A DNA stretch of 41,133 nucleotides, from contig NC_068982.1 of NCBI RefSeq assembly GCF_001194135.2, forward strand, positions 117,879,279-117,920,411, read 5' to 3'. Below are positions 11,340 through 25,278 of this stretch, piece by piece. Origin of the DNA: Octopus bimaculoides. Taxonomy: Eukaryota. Below the pieces are notes generated by a model. It did no database searches and had not been told where the DNA came from. It was given only the letters and a program-made list of their open reading frames with translations. Position 1 is the first letter of the stretch, and each line of letters opens with the position of its first letter. Made by a program: the position numbers and the translations under genes.

Positions 11340-11995
11340 GTACTCCCGATTGAAATCTGGGTGTTACCCCATTCGGATTTTCTGTTGAGAGTGGGTTTGT
11401 ATTCTTGTATACAGACAGCTTCAGTGACTTGATTCAGTGGGATGTCTAGATAAGATGCTTCACTTAAGTCTCCCTAAGGAGCCCTTGTGGCAGTCTCTCA
11501 GCATGCTGATAAAAGACGCAGTTTCGTTTCTTTTCAATGTAGTTGTCTAGATGTTCTTTGAGCCTATCATTGATGCTCCTAGAAGTCTCACCAATATATG
11601 ACCCTGGGATAATCGCGCAAGCTCCTTCTTGGCATTTAAGCTGGTATACAGTGCTTTTTGTTTTGCAATTAACATGTAGACTTGTAGAATGTACTGCACA
11701 ATTATTCTGACATCTGATTCTATCAAATGGGTATGATCCACTTAATACAGATTTGAGAATCCTAACTGTCTTTTCTACAACTTTGACATTAAGGCCAGTG
11801 CTGCGCTGGATTTTTTTAAATGACTTATTTGATTTGTTCATAGATGTAACACCAACATTGTGAAACTTCTTGTTATAATACCAAGTACATTTTTTATTAA
11901 TTTATTATTTTTCTTTCGTGTCCCTCTCCAACCTATTACAGAACGTTTCCGGTATAGGGGGCATATACCGTTTTCTTCATATCTTAGAATGCGTT
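11340..11995 (-). mobile_element. Penelope-like GIY-YIG endonuclease region (distinct lineage)
   Basis: ORF 11464-11841: ...NCKTKSTVYQLKCQEGACAIIPGSYIGETSRSINDRLKEH (VY..YIGET.R....RL.EH). Upstream reads EENGICPLYRKR and downstream reads QVTEAVCIQEYKPTLNRKSEWG, both typical Penelope flanking motifs. Confidence 0.85.
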
Positions 11996-12009
11996 CGAAT
12001 CTACGCACT

Positions 12010-12256
12010 TACCTAAATACACACGTACATACATAAGTAGATACGTACATACTTAAATACATACATACATACACACATACATACATATATACATACATAC
12101 ATATATGCATACATACATATATACATACATGCGTATAGGCATGCACACATGCATAACCATGTATACATAAGCATACACACATGCATGTACACACATACAT
12201 ACATACATACGTACATACATACATACATACATACATACACACATACATACATACAT
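12010..12256. repeat. (ATAC)n degenerate microsatellite
   Basis: Seen directly, running into the 947-nt N gap. Confidence 0.95.
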
Positions 12257-13468
12257 NNNNNNNNNNNNNNNNNNNNNNNNNNNNNNNNNNNNNNNNNNNN
12301 NNNNNNNNNNNNNNNNNNNNNNNNNNNNNNNNNNNNNNNNNNNNNNNNNNNNNNNNNNNNNNNNNNNNNNNNNNNNNNNNNNNNNNNNNNNNNNNNNNNN
12401 NNNNNNNNNNNNNNNNNNNNNNNNNNNNNNNNNNNNNNNNNNNNNNNNNNNNNNNNNNNNNNNNNNNNNNNNNNNNNNNNNNNNNNNNNNNNNNNNNNNN
12501 NNNNNNNNNNNNNNNNNNNNNNNNNNNNNNNNNNNNNNNNNNNNNNNNNNNNNNNNNNNNNNNNNNNNNNNNNNNNNNNNNNNNNNNNNNNNNNNNNNNN
12601 NNNNNNNNNNNNNNNNNNNNNNNNNNNNNNNNNNNNNNNNNNNNNNNNNNNNNNNNNNNNNNNNNNNNNNNNNNNNNNNNNNNNNNNNNNNNNNNNNNNN
12701 NNNNNNNNNNNNNNNNNNNNNNNNNNNNNNNNNNNNNNNNNNNNNNNNNNNNNNNNNNNNNNNNNNNNNNNNNNNNNNNNNNNNNNNNNNNNNNNNNNNN
12801 NNNNNNNNNNNNNNNNNNNNNNNNNNNNNNNNNNNNNNNNNNNNNNNNNNNNNNNNNNNNNNNNNNNNNNNNNNNNNNNNNNNNNNNNNNNNNNNNNNNN
12901 NNNNNNNNNNNNNNNNNNNNNNNNNNNNNNNNNNNNNNNNNNNNNNNNNNNNNNNNNNNNNNNNNNNNNNNNNNNNNNNNNNNNNNNNNNNNNNNNNNNN
13001 NNNNNNNNNNNNNNNNNNNNNNNNNNNNNNNNNNNNNNNNNNNNNNNNNNNNNNNNNNNNNNNNNNNNNNNNNNNNNNNNNNNNNNNNNNNNNNNNNNNN
13101 NNNNNNNNNNNNNNNNNNNNNNNNNNNNNNNNNNNNNNNNNNNNNNNNNNNNNNNNNNNNNNNNNNNNNNNNNNNNNNNNNNNNNNNNNNNNNNNNNNNN
13201 NNNACAGAAGGCGTGTGTTACATGGTTAAAGTATATATTTAAATTATGTCAGAAAAATGTTAGAAACATGTTATAAAATCTTTTTGGTATATAAACATTG
13301 TATTTTGAGAAATAACCGGTTTCGTGTTTCGTCTTTTCAAATTTCTCTACTTCATTGTGTCGTGTACGTTAACCATGTAACACAAGCCTTCTGTAGTTTT
13401 TTCACTCTTATTACCTTTTATACATCCAACCACGTCCTTTCATATACCAACTTTCTCACCTATATATA

Positions 13469-13502
<34 letters not shown>

Positions 13503-13672
13503 AATGCGTTTATGCGAGCGTGTGTGTGTGTGTGCATCTGCTTGTGTGATACCCTATATATAACTTTTTCAATAATGTATCATTTAAGCTGCTGGCTGAC
13601 ATCGAATAGACATTTAATTCAACATTACGATTTATCCAAAGGCTCTATATTTAATAACAATTTCAACAATGC

Positions 13673-13718
13673 ACTTTCAAAGTACATGGATATCTTACTT
13701 TCAAAGTACATGGATATC
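13673..13718 (+). repeat. 22-bp direct repeat ACTTTCAAAGTACATGGATATC x2
   Basis: Exact copies at 13673-13694 and 13697-13718. Confidence 0.9.
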
Positions 13719-14152
13719 AATTGGGAAACGTAGGTGTTCTTTTAGAATAACGTTTTCCTTGTTTGTCTAACCCTAAGCATGGAAATATTTTAATTATTAG
13801 CACTGTGGTTATTAATTAATGTTATTGCTCTCTTGTGTATTTATTCCTTATTTTTTAATCCTGTAAGTCATTTTACTCCTCATTTTCTCATTAAATTTCT
13901 TTACTTCCAATTCACTTATTTTGTTGTTCATTTATAATTCTTTCTATTTTTGTTCATAATTTCACGCATTGGTATATGTGATTGTTTACGTGTTATTGCC
14001 TTCATAATTGTATTACAAGAAGCCTTAGTGCCCACCAGTACAAGTGACATCACCGTCTTCGTCATCGTCATCATCCACATCATCGTTCACATTATTATTA
14101 CCTCTTCTTAATATTATACACACGCACTCACCTACACAGAGATATATGCGTG

Positions 14153-14230
<78 letters not shown>
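14153..14230. repeat. (TATC)n microsatellite
   Basis: Pure run. Confidence 0.95.
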
Positions 14231-14231
<1 letters not shown>

Positions 14232-15310
14232 TGTAATGATGCTTTTGATACCGATTCAAAAATATATTTTTCGAAACTAAGTTCGAAATTGATATCTTAA
14301 TATATATTTTTTTTATTACACTTCTCCAATAAAATGAAAATATGACTTTCCTAACCTGAAATTAAAATTATTTTCTAATTTATAATGTAAACTAATTTAA
14401 ATTTGAAAATGAAAAGTTAATATTACTTCCTATAAATATATCGATATAAAATAAGGAATTATAAAATTTCTTGTAATTCTTACGGTATCTTTCTCAACTT
14501 ATTCGTTAAAATCTTGAAGCATACTCCTATAATTAAGAATGATTTTAGTGTGCGCATGCATATATGAGCATGCGTGTTATCTGTATGCATGTGTGTGGGA
14601 GTCTGTGTAAATGCATGTTCGCTCACACACATACTTTTATTCGTAACTATGTATTTATCCATAAATCTGAATAACCATATATCGAAGTATCTACGTATGT
14701 ATGTATCCATCTATATAAATTCACATGCTGTTATCGTGTTTGCAAGCATGTGTATATATATCATCTGATGAATAGGTTTCTTTTTACTATGATGTAATGT
14801 ACTTACTCATGAAATAAAAATGTGTAATAAACTGACGTTTATTCATGGTATTATTTCTTCATTGCTATATCTATATAACAAATATATGAATAGAGAGAAT
14901 CACATATTAAATTGGTGATTACACCATACAATACCGAGGATCAGTTCTCTTGTGTCAACATATTCAGATAACGGAAATACCTGTCAAATTAATTTATGCG
15001 AAAATATATGTTAACACAACGTTATCAAGGCAATCCAAAATTAGTTACATTGAAAGTGAACTAAGAAAATATATTTAATAAACGAACGCATACGAAATGT
15101 ACATTATGACGAACTCATACGAAATATTTTTTCTCAAATGGAGTCGGTGGAAATTTACGTTCTGAACAATATTTCACAGTTATCTCTCGAAATTAGTCAT
15201 TCAGTGGTTTATACGGTAGGATATTTCTGGAAGTAAATATATGTTTCATACTATTATGAATATATATCGCATTCTTGTCATAGTTGATATTTAGAATTGT
15301 CCGTACATGA

Positions 15311-15412
15311 ATAAGTCCTAGGGGTGATGTCTTAGAATTAACCCCTTTAAGGCGGTACTCCAGCATCGCCACAGTCAAATGAGTGAAAGAATTAAAAGAA
15401 TAAAAGAATAAA
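15311..15412 (+). mobile_element. SINE 3' fragment with (AAAAGAAT)n tail
   Basis: GAATAAGTCCTAGGGG...AAGGCGGTACTCCAGCATCGCCACAGTCAAATGAGTGAAAGAATTAAAAGAATAAAAGAATAA, which shares sequence with the 5805 fragment. Confidence 0.6.
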
Positions 15413-15520
15413 ACTATATATATGTGGAGCGGTACGGTGAGCTGCAACATATATATGTATATGTACATATTTATTTACATATAATATATATACATACACA
15501 CACACACACACACACACACC

Positions 15521-15572
<52 letters not shown>

Positions 15573-15875
15573 NNNNNNNNNNNNNNNNNNNNNNNNNNNN
15601 NNNNNNNNNNNNNNNNNNNNNNNNNNNNNNNNNNNNNNNNNNNNNNNNNNNNNNNNNNNNNNNNNNNNNNNNNNNNNNNNNNNNNNNNNNNNNNNNNNNN
15701 NNNNNNNNNNNNNNNNNNNNNTGTGTGTGTGTGTGTGTATGTGTTTATGTATATATATATATATTTATATATATATACATACGCACGTATAAATGTATAA
15801 ATACATGTGTGTGCACCTGCATGCGTGCGTGCGTGCGCGTGCGTGTGTTTGTGTGTGTGCTTGTGTGTGTGTAAA

Positions 15876-16095
15876 GGCGCGGGGGCAAGTGGTTAGGGCG
15901 ATGCTCTCATGGTCACCAGGTTATGGCTTCAGTTCGCCCTGCGCTTTCTTTTGAACAAAACACTAGTTCACGTTGCACCAGTTCACTCAGCCGTTAATGA
16001 GTAACTCTATGTCGGACTAGCCCTCGGCTTAGAGAAAAAGTGTTCACCCGCTTTCCTATACAGCGAAGTGGCATCGTTCGGATGCTAAAAACGAT
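15876..16095 (+). mobile_element. tRNA-derived SINE (decayed head plus CORE-like domain)
   Basis: A-box-like GGCAAGTGGTTAGGG and a degenerate B-box region, followed by TTGAACAAAACACTAGTTCACGTTGCACCAGTTCACTCAGC, which resembles the CTTG.GCAAG.CACTT CORE-type motif. Confidence 0.55.
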
Positions 16096-17078
16096 ACAAT
16101 GCGTATCGCGATGTGTATATAACGATGTGTATAGCACTATTCGTCTAGTCAATGACGTGGACTCGTGATATATATGTGTATAATAAAGGCTGCATGTAAG
16201 CATCTGTTTGCACGTAAGCATGTGTATACTATGTGAAATTTAATCATGAAAAATTATTTTTTAAAACATTTGCTCCTAATGAAAAAGTGTTAATGAACTA
16301 GTTACTTTGCACCGTTGAGAATCAATATTGCTGTCGTTAAGGAATCTAAGAGAAAGTTTGATTAAACTGAATCATTATCAAATCTTATGTGTCAATGCTA
16401 TGCTGTAATTCTCTCAAACATTAAATATCTAGTAATATATCAAAAATTTACATTATATTTTAACACAGCAATGAGGAATTTTGCTATGATGTCTAGGATA
16501 CTTATTCTATAGTAATTGATGGCAGTACGAATCATTTTCTTCCTGAGATGTACCCTGTTATAAAAAGAAGGACCATCATGTGTATTATTCCTTTGCATAT
16601 TTCTCTTGGTTTACCCAAATGGATGAACCAAGAACCATTCGCCAAGAAATCGGCGAGAGCATTGCAAACGAAGATGACATTATCTCCAACCACGTTATTA
16701 TTTAAAATTGGATTTTTAACGTGACACCAGACATACGCAGCTTAAGTTTCTCGGCACTGAATTGCAAAGGAAATAACTGGAAGTGTGACATTTTTCATAT
16801 CACACTGGTTCAAATAAGGTAAAAAAATCATTATCAAAATATAACTCTGAGAAATTCTACTCCATATAGAATAATATTAAGGACAAAAATATAGCATTTG
16901 AAGATGTGAAAGTTGCCAAAGTTAGCATTGAATAAAAACATCAATGGCTGACATATGTTTTAGATTCCCAAAAAGAGAATTTCCGTTCCACACATTTATT
17001 CTATGAATTCCATCTAATTTTTGATTTTTATAAGCGACCCTATGAAAGATTTTTTTAGATGGTATATTGTGCTGAGTA

Positions 17079-17367
17079 TCTATCTATGCATCGATCTATC
17101 TATGCGTCTATCTATCTATCTATCTATCTAACTCTANNNNNNNNNNNNNNNNNNNNNNNNNNNNNNNNNNNNNNNNNNNNNNNNNNNNNNNNNNNNNNNN
17201 NNNNNNNNNNNNNNNNNNNNNNNNNNNNNNNNNNNNNNNNNNNNNNNNNNNNNNNNNNNNNNNNNNNNNNNNNNNNNNNNNNNNNNNNNNNNNNNNNNNN
17301 NNNNNNNNNNNNNNNNNNNNNNNNNNNNNNNNNNNNNNNNNNNNNNNNNNNNNNNNNNNNNNNNNNT

Positions 17368-17419
<52 letters not shown>

Positions 17420-17420
17420 A
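17079..17420. repeat. (TATC)n / (GATA)n microsatellites either side of a gap
   Basis: TATC run before the N gap (17137-17366) and GATA run after it. Confidence 0.9.
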
Positions 17421-19540
17421 TAGATATAGATATATACGTTTGTGTACGTGAATGGATGTATATATATTATAGTTGTATATGTAGACAAATAAGTATATAC
17501 ATACACAAAAACGTATATATAAATATATATAAAGTTAGTAATATATTTCCTTCATGAAGTTGTAAAACGTGATATGCCTCCTCAAGCCTCAAAGCTTCTT
17601 CCTGCTAATTGTGAGAGAAATTATATCTTGCTCATGCACACAAATATTTAGGTCTACACATACACTTTGTAAACGCACAAGTACGCACACACATACATGA
17701 ACACATACATGTATATACGCATAGGGAAAAAGGGAGACCAGCAGACAGATATACATATGCGCAGTTAATGATGTGAATATTTGGGCACTAAATTGAATTT
17801 AGGCTTTATATATCTCTACCCTTGGTTAGAATAGGAATAAACGGTAAACATGTTTTATGCATGTCTACACTTATAGGAAGTGAATATGAGCGAGTTAAAA
17901 GAAATAAAGTTGGGTTCACAACCAGCCATTGGTGTTCAATATTTTATTCATATTTGCCATTTTATATCATCTCAAACACTGATGACAATTCAAAGCCTAC
18001 AGAGGCATACACACATACATACATACATACATACATACGTACATATATACATACANNNNNNNNNNAATGTATGTATTTATGCCTGTATATATATATATAT
18101 ATGAACGCATACACTCATACACAAGTATGTGTGCAAGTAAACTTACACAAATATATAGATAAGTATATGTGTTTGTGTGTGGGTATATATATATATATGC
18201 ATACACACACATATATGTGTGTGGGCAAGTGTGAAACAGAGAGGGAGGGTGAGAGTCTGTGAGTGTGTGTGTGTGTATGAGTGCGTGTGTGCGTGTGTAC
18301 ATAGTAAGTACGCTTGATAGATTATGTATAATTTTACGTGTTCATAATTCACGTCTTTCATTATACTTTATACAATGATTTAGGCAATCATTCTAAAATT
18401 CAGTGTTGAAAGGCATCTTTTATAAATATTTGTACATCCTCCATTGCATCCTTTGCAACAAAATGAAGCTAATCAATCCAGCAGGGATGAATATCTATGC
18501 ATTACATTGATATAGCTTACTAATTCGTTTTATTTATGAATTTTGTTTTCCACACCAATTACTAATTTTCTATTTAATATCTCTCGTTTCCGCAAGTGAT
18601 TATTAAATTGCAATCAGTGTAACATTAAAAAAGATTGCTTTTCACACAATTCTAAATACAACATCATTAAATGCTAAAAGAAACATCAAAACAAGGTATG
18701 AAAATGCATTATAGTAAGCTCCAGTGGGTAACAATGTAATAATATCTCCTAACTACAAACTTTGGACATTAAAACTTGATTCACAGTGAATGAATTTTAT
18801 AGAAACATCTAAGCAAACACTATCGGTGTTTGCTGTTAGATGTAACGTATGCATAATGTACGTCATGTAAAACTCTTGGTGCGCTATTTAAACGACTATT
18901 ACTACACGTGCCGTGTTGTTTAATAATACGCTTATATTAAGCGAAGGGGTTTATGTCATATTTGTTACAGCAACATTATTATACATGGTCTCTCCACGTT
19001 TTTATTTTATGCGACACATTAGCACAGGGATCATAAAAAAGAAAACGATATAGTTGATATGAATAACCTAATAAAATAACAGAAAATATTTTCTGTTGTC
19101 GATGTGAAACTAGAGATTCATCAAAACAGCTACTTCTAAAAGAATTATCCGCAGACTGAAACTATTTTTCTGCTGTTCGTGCATTGAACTTGTTAAAAAT
19201 AATACTGTTTAAATATAAGGTAAATCTGTCAACTCTGAAAAATCTCAATGTGGCACTTTTACCATAGGCCTACGCAGGTGCTGAGATAATTGTGAAGAAA
19301 TGATTTTGATATCTTACAATTAATACTCATAATTCACACATCTCTGAAGCATACATGGGTAACGACATATCAACGACGAAATTTCTGTACTGGCTCATGA
19401 ATCACTGTTGATTGTCCTTAGAACACCGCCTAGGATATTGGCAAACAGCTATGAATTGTTTATGAAGGGATTATTATTATTATCATTTTCTTTTGATGGG
19501 GTAAGAAAAAGGTTTAAGAACCAAACCAACAACTACAAAT

Positions 19541-20050
19541 ATCATCATCATCATCATCACCATCCTCCTCCTCCTCCTCCTCCTCCTCCNNNNNNNNNNN
19601 NNNNNNNNNNNNNNNNNNNNNNNNNNNNNNNNNNNNNNNNNNNNNNNNNNNNNNNNNNNNNNNNNNNNNNNNNNNNNNNNNNNNNNNNNNNNNNNNNNNN
19701 NNNNNNNNNNNNNNNNNNNNNNNNNNNNNNNNNNNNNNNNNNNNNNNNNNNNNNNCAATAATAACAACAATAACAACACCAACAAAACACCCACAACAAA
19801 AACAACAGACACCACAACAGCAACATCAGCAACAGTAACAACAACAACAATAATAACAACAATAACAACACCAACAAAACACCCACAACAAAAACAACAG
19901 ACACCACAACAGCAACATCAGCAACAGTAACAACAACAACATGAGCAACGGCAACAACAACGAAAACAGAAACAAAAACAACATCAGCAAGTGCAACAAC
20001 AACCATAACAGCATCAACAAGAACAACAAGAACATCATTAGCAACAGCAG
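19541..20050. repeat. (CAT)n(CCT)n, gap, then degenerate (CAA)n containing an exact 92-bp tandem duplication
   Basis: 19756-19847 is repeated at 19848-19939. Confidence 0.9.
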
Positions 20051-20157
20051 CAAGAGAGGATTATCTAAGCATATTGTTGTCTGGCATCGTATCCAAATCT
20101 TAGCCATTTATTTTCATTATCCTGATGAAAAACTATGAATCGAATCCAGGGATCTAT

Positions 20158-20278
20158 ATTTTTACAGATTGTAATATTATTCATGATTTTTTAAAAGTTA
20201 TTCATAATATTTATGATATTTTTACCGATTGTAATAATATTTTTGATATGTATACAGATTGCAATAATATTTATGATA
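20158..20278 (+). repeat. 30-bp minisatellite, 4 diverged units
   Basis: ATTTTTACAGATTGTAATATTATTCATGAT / TTTTTAAAAGTTATTCATAATATTTATGAT / ATTTTTACCGATTGTAATAATATTTTTGAT / ATGTATACAGATTGCAATAATATTTATGAT. Confidence 0.8.
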
Positions 20279-22334
20279 GTGTCCGTAAAAAAAAGTATAT
20301 TCATGACCATACACGATGGTACAACAGCTAATTCGTGTATTAATTTTGAGTGTCATATTAACGAGAAGAGCAATCTGCGTAAGGTGTTTCTTTTTTATTT
20401 TGGAACTGATGTAATTGAAAAATAAATATTGCATATTTCATGAAGCAGCAAGGCCCCATAATTACGCTGCCAGTAACCTTTGATTACTGTGAAATGCAAG
20501 TCATTCTTTTGAGATCAGAGTTATGCAAGTGATTAATTGAAAAGCTATGCATATTTCATGGAAGAGTAATGGTGTCTAATTAGGCTGCAAATAGCCCTTC
20601 AATATTTCCAATATATATTTCAGTATGTTCGATATTTATACGGGATCTTCCCAAAATATCAAAACAAGAGACAACGTATTACATCGTTCATGTGAATAGA
20701 CTCATTCTGATATTTAATTCTGACACTTCGTCTTAACTTACCATGTCTATGCGGTAATGGAAAGGAAATGTCCATAAATAATTACCACCTTTATCGATCG
20801 GGACAACTACCATCAACTGAGATATAGACACGCGATGAAAGGGTGACTTGGCAATTTCAACAGATGAAACTAGACAGAAATGGACAGAAAAATGACGTTA
20901 GCTGATGAGCTGAAAAGGCAAAGGACGAACGTCGAATCAATTGTTTTATACATAAAAACATCCTATTTTTGAGATTATGATCGATAAAGTATTTTTTTAG
21001 AATCGGTCTCGTTTATACCTGTGCAGTAATTGCCTTGACAAATAAATGAAACATCTACGGTTGTTACTTCAAACACTAAAGTGCTATCGGCCTCAGAATA
21101 TTTTGTGAATACAATAAAATTACAAAGTTGTTAATGCTATACGACACAAGGAAGTAGTATATGGGTGTCGGTTTATAGACGTTATAATACTCTAAGCGTC
21201 TGTGAATAGTGTAGTTAATCACAGTTCGTTTATTTCTCTCATACTAAATAAACATCGAACAATTTTCTCATGTTACACTCTGACACACAGTTCCACACCT
21301 CAAATGATCTGACTATGAATAAATAAGTGTACGCAAATACCAAGAAGAAAAAAACCTAGGGAGCATCGTTAAAGAGAAACAAAATAAATTTCTCTTGTTA
21401 TTTACGAATAACAGATAACCCATCTACATATAGAAGGAATCTTCGTTGTACATTCACTATAATTTACACTTTTAACTAAATGACAATGGAATCATTGCAA
21501 ATACCATCCCTTGAAATATCTTTCGATATTTTATAGCGACCACAAGTTGAAACCGATTTTTAAACAACATACCACAGGTTTTGTTTCACACGTGCACAGG
21601 TATTACATAAAATATTTCACTCGAACAATAGATGTAGTGCTAATCATTATTAGAGCAATGCACAATTATTAATAACGATTCTCCTACTAAACAATTTATC
21701 ATATGCGATACCACATGACACCATCAGAATAATTTGACAGCGCTGTCTCCCCTCTCTGTCTACTTGATTATGTCTCTCATGTATTTCTTTCATTATATTA
21801 ATGATTTACTCCTATTAACTACCTGAACGATCCCGTTTTATCACGTTGATATCTTGTATCCATTCCTTCTTCACTGAATTAAAAATTTAACACTGAAAAT
21901 ATTCTTAAATTTTTCACTCATGGAATCACAAATATCTGGAAATGAAACCCCCAAGAGCGTCTTATGCACAAGCATATGTAAATATATACAATTCAAATTA
22001 ATTATGAATTTGTTTCTTTACATTACTACATGAAGAGCTCAAAGTCTGTATTCCGACTATATGCACATTATTTTATATAAGCAGTCTCTGCGTTTGTGTT
22101 AATAATAAAAACAGCACAACAAACAATAAAAGGGCATATATATTTTAGTTATAAATCTCTAAAGGGTATGTAAAATAATACACTTCTTCGTCATTTGTCA
22201 CGTTTTGTATTGTAAATTTACAAACAAATTTCGTTTTGGGATTTAGTTTGCTAGATTCTTTATGTGAGTTCGTGCGCTGAAGCATATTGTTGTGCCTGGG
22301 AAGAGTCATTCTCATTTTGTGCCTTATCATTTAA

Positions 22335-22536
22335 CACACTCACAGGTTCGGTTTCCGTGAATTTCTTTTTTTCTTTGTTCTAAAATTTACATTACGTCTT
22401 ACAAACTTTTTAATTGTCTTTGACTCCGTCCATAATCGGATAACGGACATTCGACGACTATTGAAAAGGTTGCAAAAAGCAACGAAAATTTTTAGAAAAA
22501 TTAAAGAACTAAATGGAAACTGAACCGGTGTGTGTG
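22335..22536. mobile_element. piggyBac-type MITE with TTAA target-site duplication
   Basis: TTAA|CACACTCACAGGTTCGGTTTCC...GGAAACTGAACCGGTGTGTGTG|TTAA. Imperfect TIRs of ~50 bp begin with CAC, and TTAA lies on both sides (22331-22334 and 22537-22540). Confidence 0.75.
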
Positions 22537-23350
22537 TTAAATAACAAGGCATAAAAAGTGAATGACTCACCCTTCACAATAAAATATTAAAAAAATATTT
22601 ATCGTATAAATATTGATAACTCACTCTTAAATCTGGTCAAAAGATTTCTCTGAGTAACTCATTCATCAGTCTAACATCAGTCATGTTTCATTCATAATTG
22701 ATGCATACTTTTACATACAAACATCGTATGTATTTCTCATCGAAGCGCTGTAGAGTTTTAGTGGAAAGAAGTCATTTTAATCGAATTTCAAAACTGGATT
22801 ACAACGTGCATATATATAATAATTCTACCATTCCTCAAACGGAAGCAGCAATCTAAGTAAGCAGGTAACGCCACACGCCACGGTGTCACTAACTCATTTT
22901 ACAGTTCTCCTTGGAATTATGCATATGTTAAATATATCTATTACGTGATATACAATGAATGATAACCGTTTAAATGACTTCATTCATAAAATAGTTAAAA
23001 TACAATAAATTTCAATCAAAGGTTTTTATAACAAACTTTATTCATAGCATATTAGAGTGGAACGATCCATATTAAGAATTGGAATGTAATGTCTGCACCG
23101 TGTTTCATACAAAGGAGGAAAATAATTTCAGTCTTTGGAACAGTGAAGAAGATAAAACACTTCCAAGTACCTATTTATGCATGTACCTATGCATGTGTGT
23201 ATGTATGCGTATGCATCTTATGTATGCGTGAAATATGGACGTACGGTATATGGATGAATGAATCTCAGCATGTATGTATGTATGCATTTATGTGTGTACA
23301 TGTGTATGTTTGTATGTATGTATGATCTAGCAATCTATCTGTCCCCCTTC

Positions 23351-23412
<62 letters not shown>
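23351..23412. repeat. (TATC)n microsatellite
   Basis: Pure run. Confidence 0.95.
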
Positions 23413-23413
<1 letters not shown>

Positions 23414-23442
23414 CTACATACTTCCTACTCTTCCTATATAAC

Positions 23443-24208
<766 letters not shown>

Positions 24209-24209
24209 G

Positions 24210-24923
24210 AAAGGTCAATACCTCAACTGACCTAGCATAGGGATCTAGTAATGGTGCCCTTAGTAATCCTATTGAAACAGAAAATAAGAAGTATAACAAT
24301 GATTAAACATATACGAAGGGTGGGAAATATCTAGTATGCATAATTATATCGATGATATGAATAGGAGAAATATGGTCAATACTTACATTAATATGAATAC
24401 CTGTAGCAATAGCGTAAATAATAATATATTTGTAGGTCCTAGATGTAACACAGGGGCTAATAGTGTCCCTTTTCATAAGCATAAGAATAATAAGAATAAT
24501 CTTCCTTTCAATTGCGCAATATCTACTATTATATAGAGAAATGTTCTGGCGATTTTGGAGAAAAATTTCCCAGCTTCACATAAATATAAGATACTTTTCT
24601 CTGGAAAGAAAATCAAAGACGCATACTCCACTCTTCCGAACTTGGGTACGATAATAGCACGCATGGACAGAAAAAAATATACTATTAGCTCGTAGTAGTA
24701 GTAGATTAATCCCTAATAACAACTCTAATGACTTTAGGCAATAAAATACCAATAATACTAAGAATAGCAGCGGTGACTCAAACTCCACCAGACGTAATGC
24801 AGCAAAGATAATTAATATTAACGAATCCAATAACCCACAGGTGGTACCCCATGTATTAAACATGCAACCATTATACGTTGATTGCATAATTCCTTGTGAT
24901 AAAATCCATGACATTTGTGTTAA
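24210..24923 (+). mobile_element. Penelope-like element, left part (interrupted by the Helitron)
   Basis: LPFNCAISTII*RNVLAILEKNFPASHKYKILFSGKKIKDAYSTLPNLGTIIARMDRKK matches Penelope 'PPF....TNIG..FL.L.DKHFP..H....F......SYS..PN...II'. It is flanked by Asn-rich sequence. Confidence 0.8.
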
Positions 24924-25234
24924 TCTATAATATAAATTGAACATAGGTGACCGTTGTATTCTTTCTTGTCTTGAGGTTCACGGCCAAACGGCTGGGTAGG
25001 TTCGCGTGAAAAATGGCACACATGTGGAGATAGGTGCATAGATTGGAACGCACTTTATATATTTTCCTAGCCCCCATATTAACCGAGGAAATCGATTAAA
25101 ACAACCTCCGTGCGTGCGTGTATGTGAGTGTGCGTCACTGAAGCCATTCATACATACATACATATATACATACATACATACATAATTACTCACACATTCA
25201 CTCACTACAAAAACTGAATGGAAAAAAATTTCAG

Positions 25235-25278
<44 letters not shown>

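Noticed and set aside
19756-19941. Exact 92-bp duplication and poly-Leu/Val or Asn ORFs
   Set aside because: It is low-complexity (CAA)n sequence next to a gap. The period is not a multiple of 3, and it may be an assembly duplication.
20742-20746. Possible 5-nt minus-strand microexon (pyrimidine tract-TAG|ACATG|GTAAGT)
   Set aside because: It is frame-shifting in length and has no supporting context, so it is compatible with chance.
20895-20935. CTGATGAGCTGAAAAGGCAAAGG hammerhead-like motif
   Set aside because: G12 is missing and there is no stem I.
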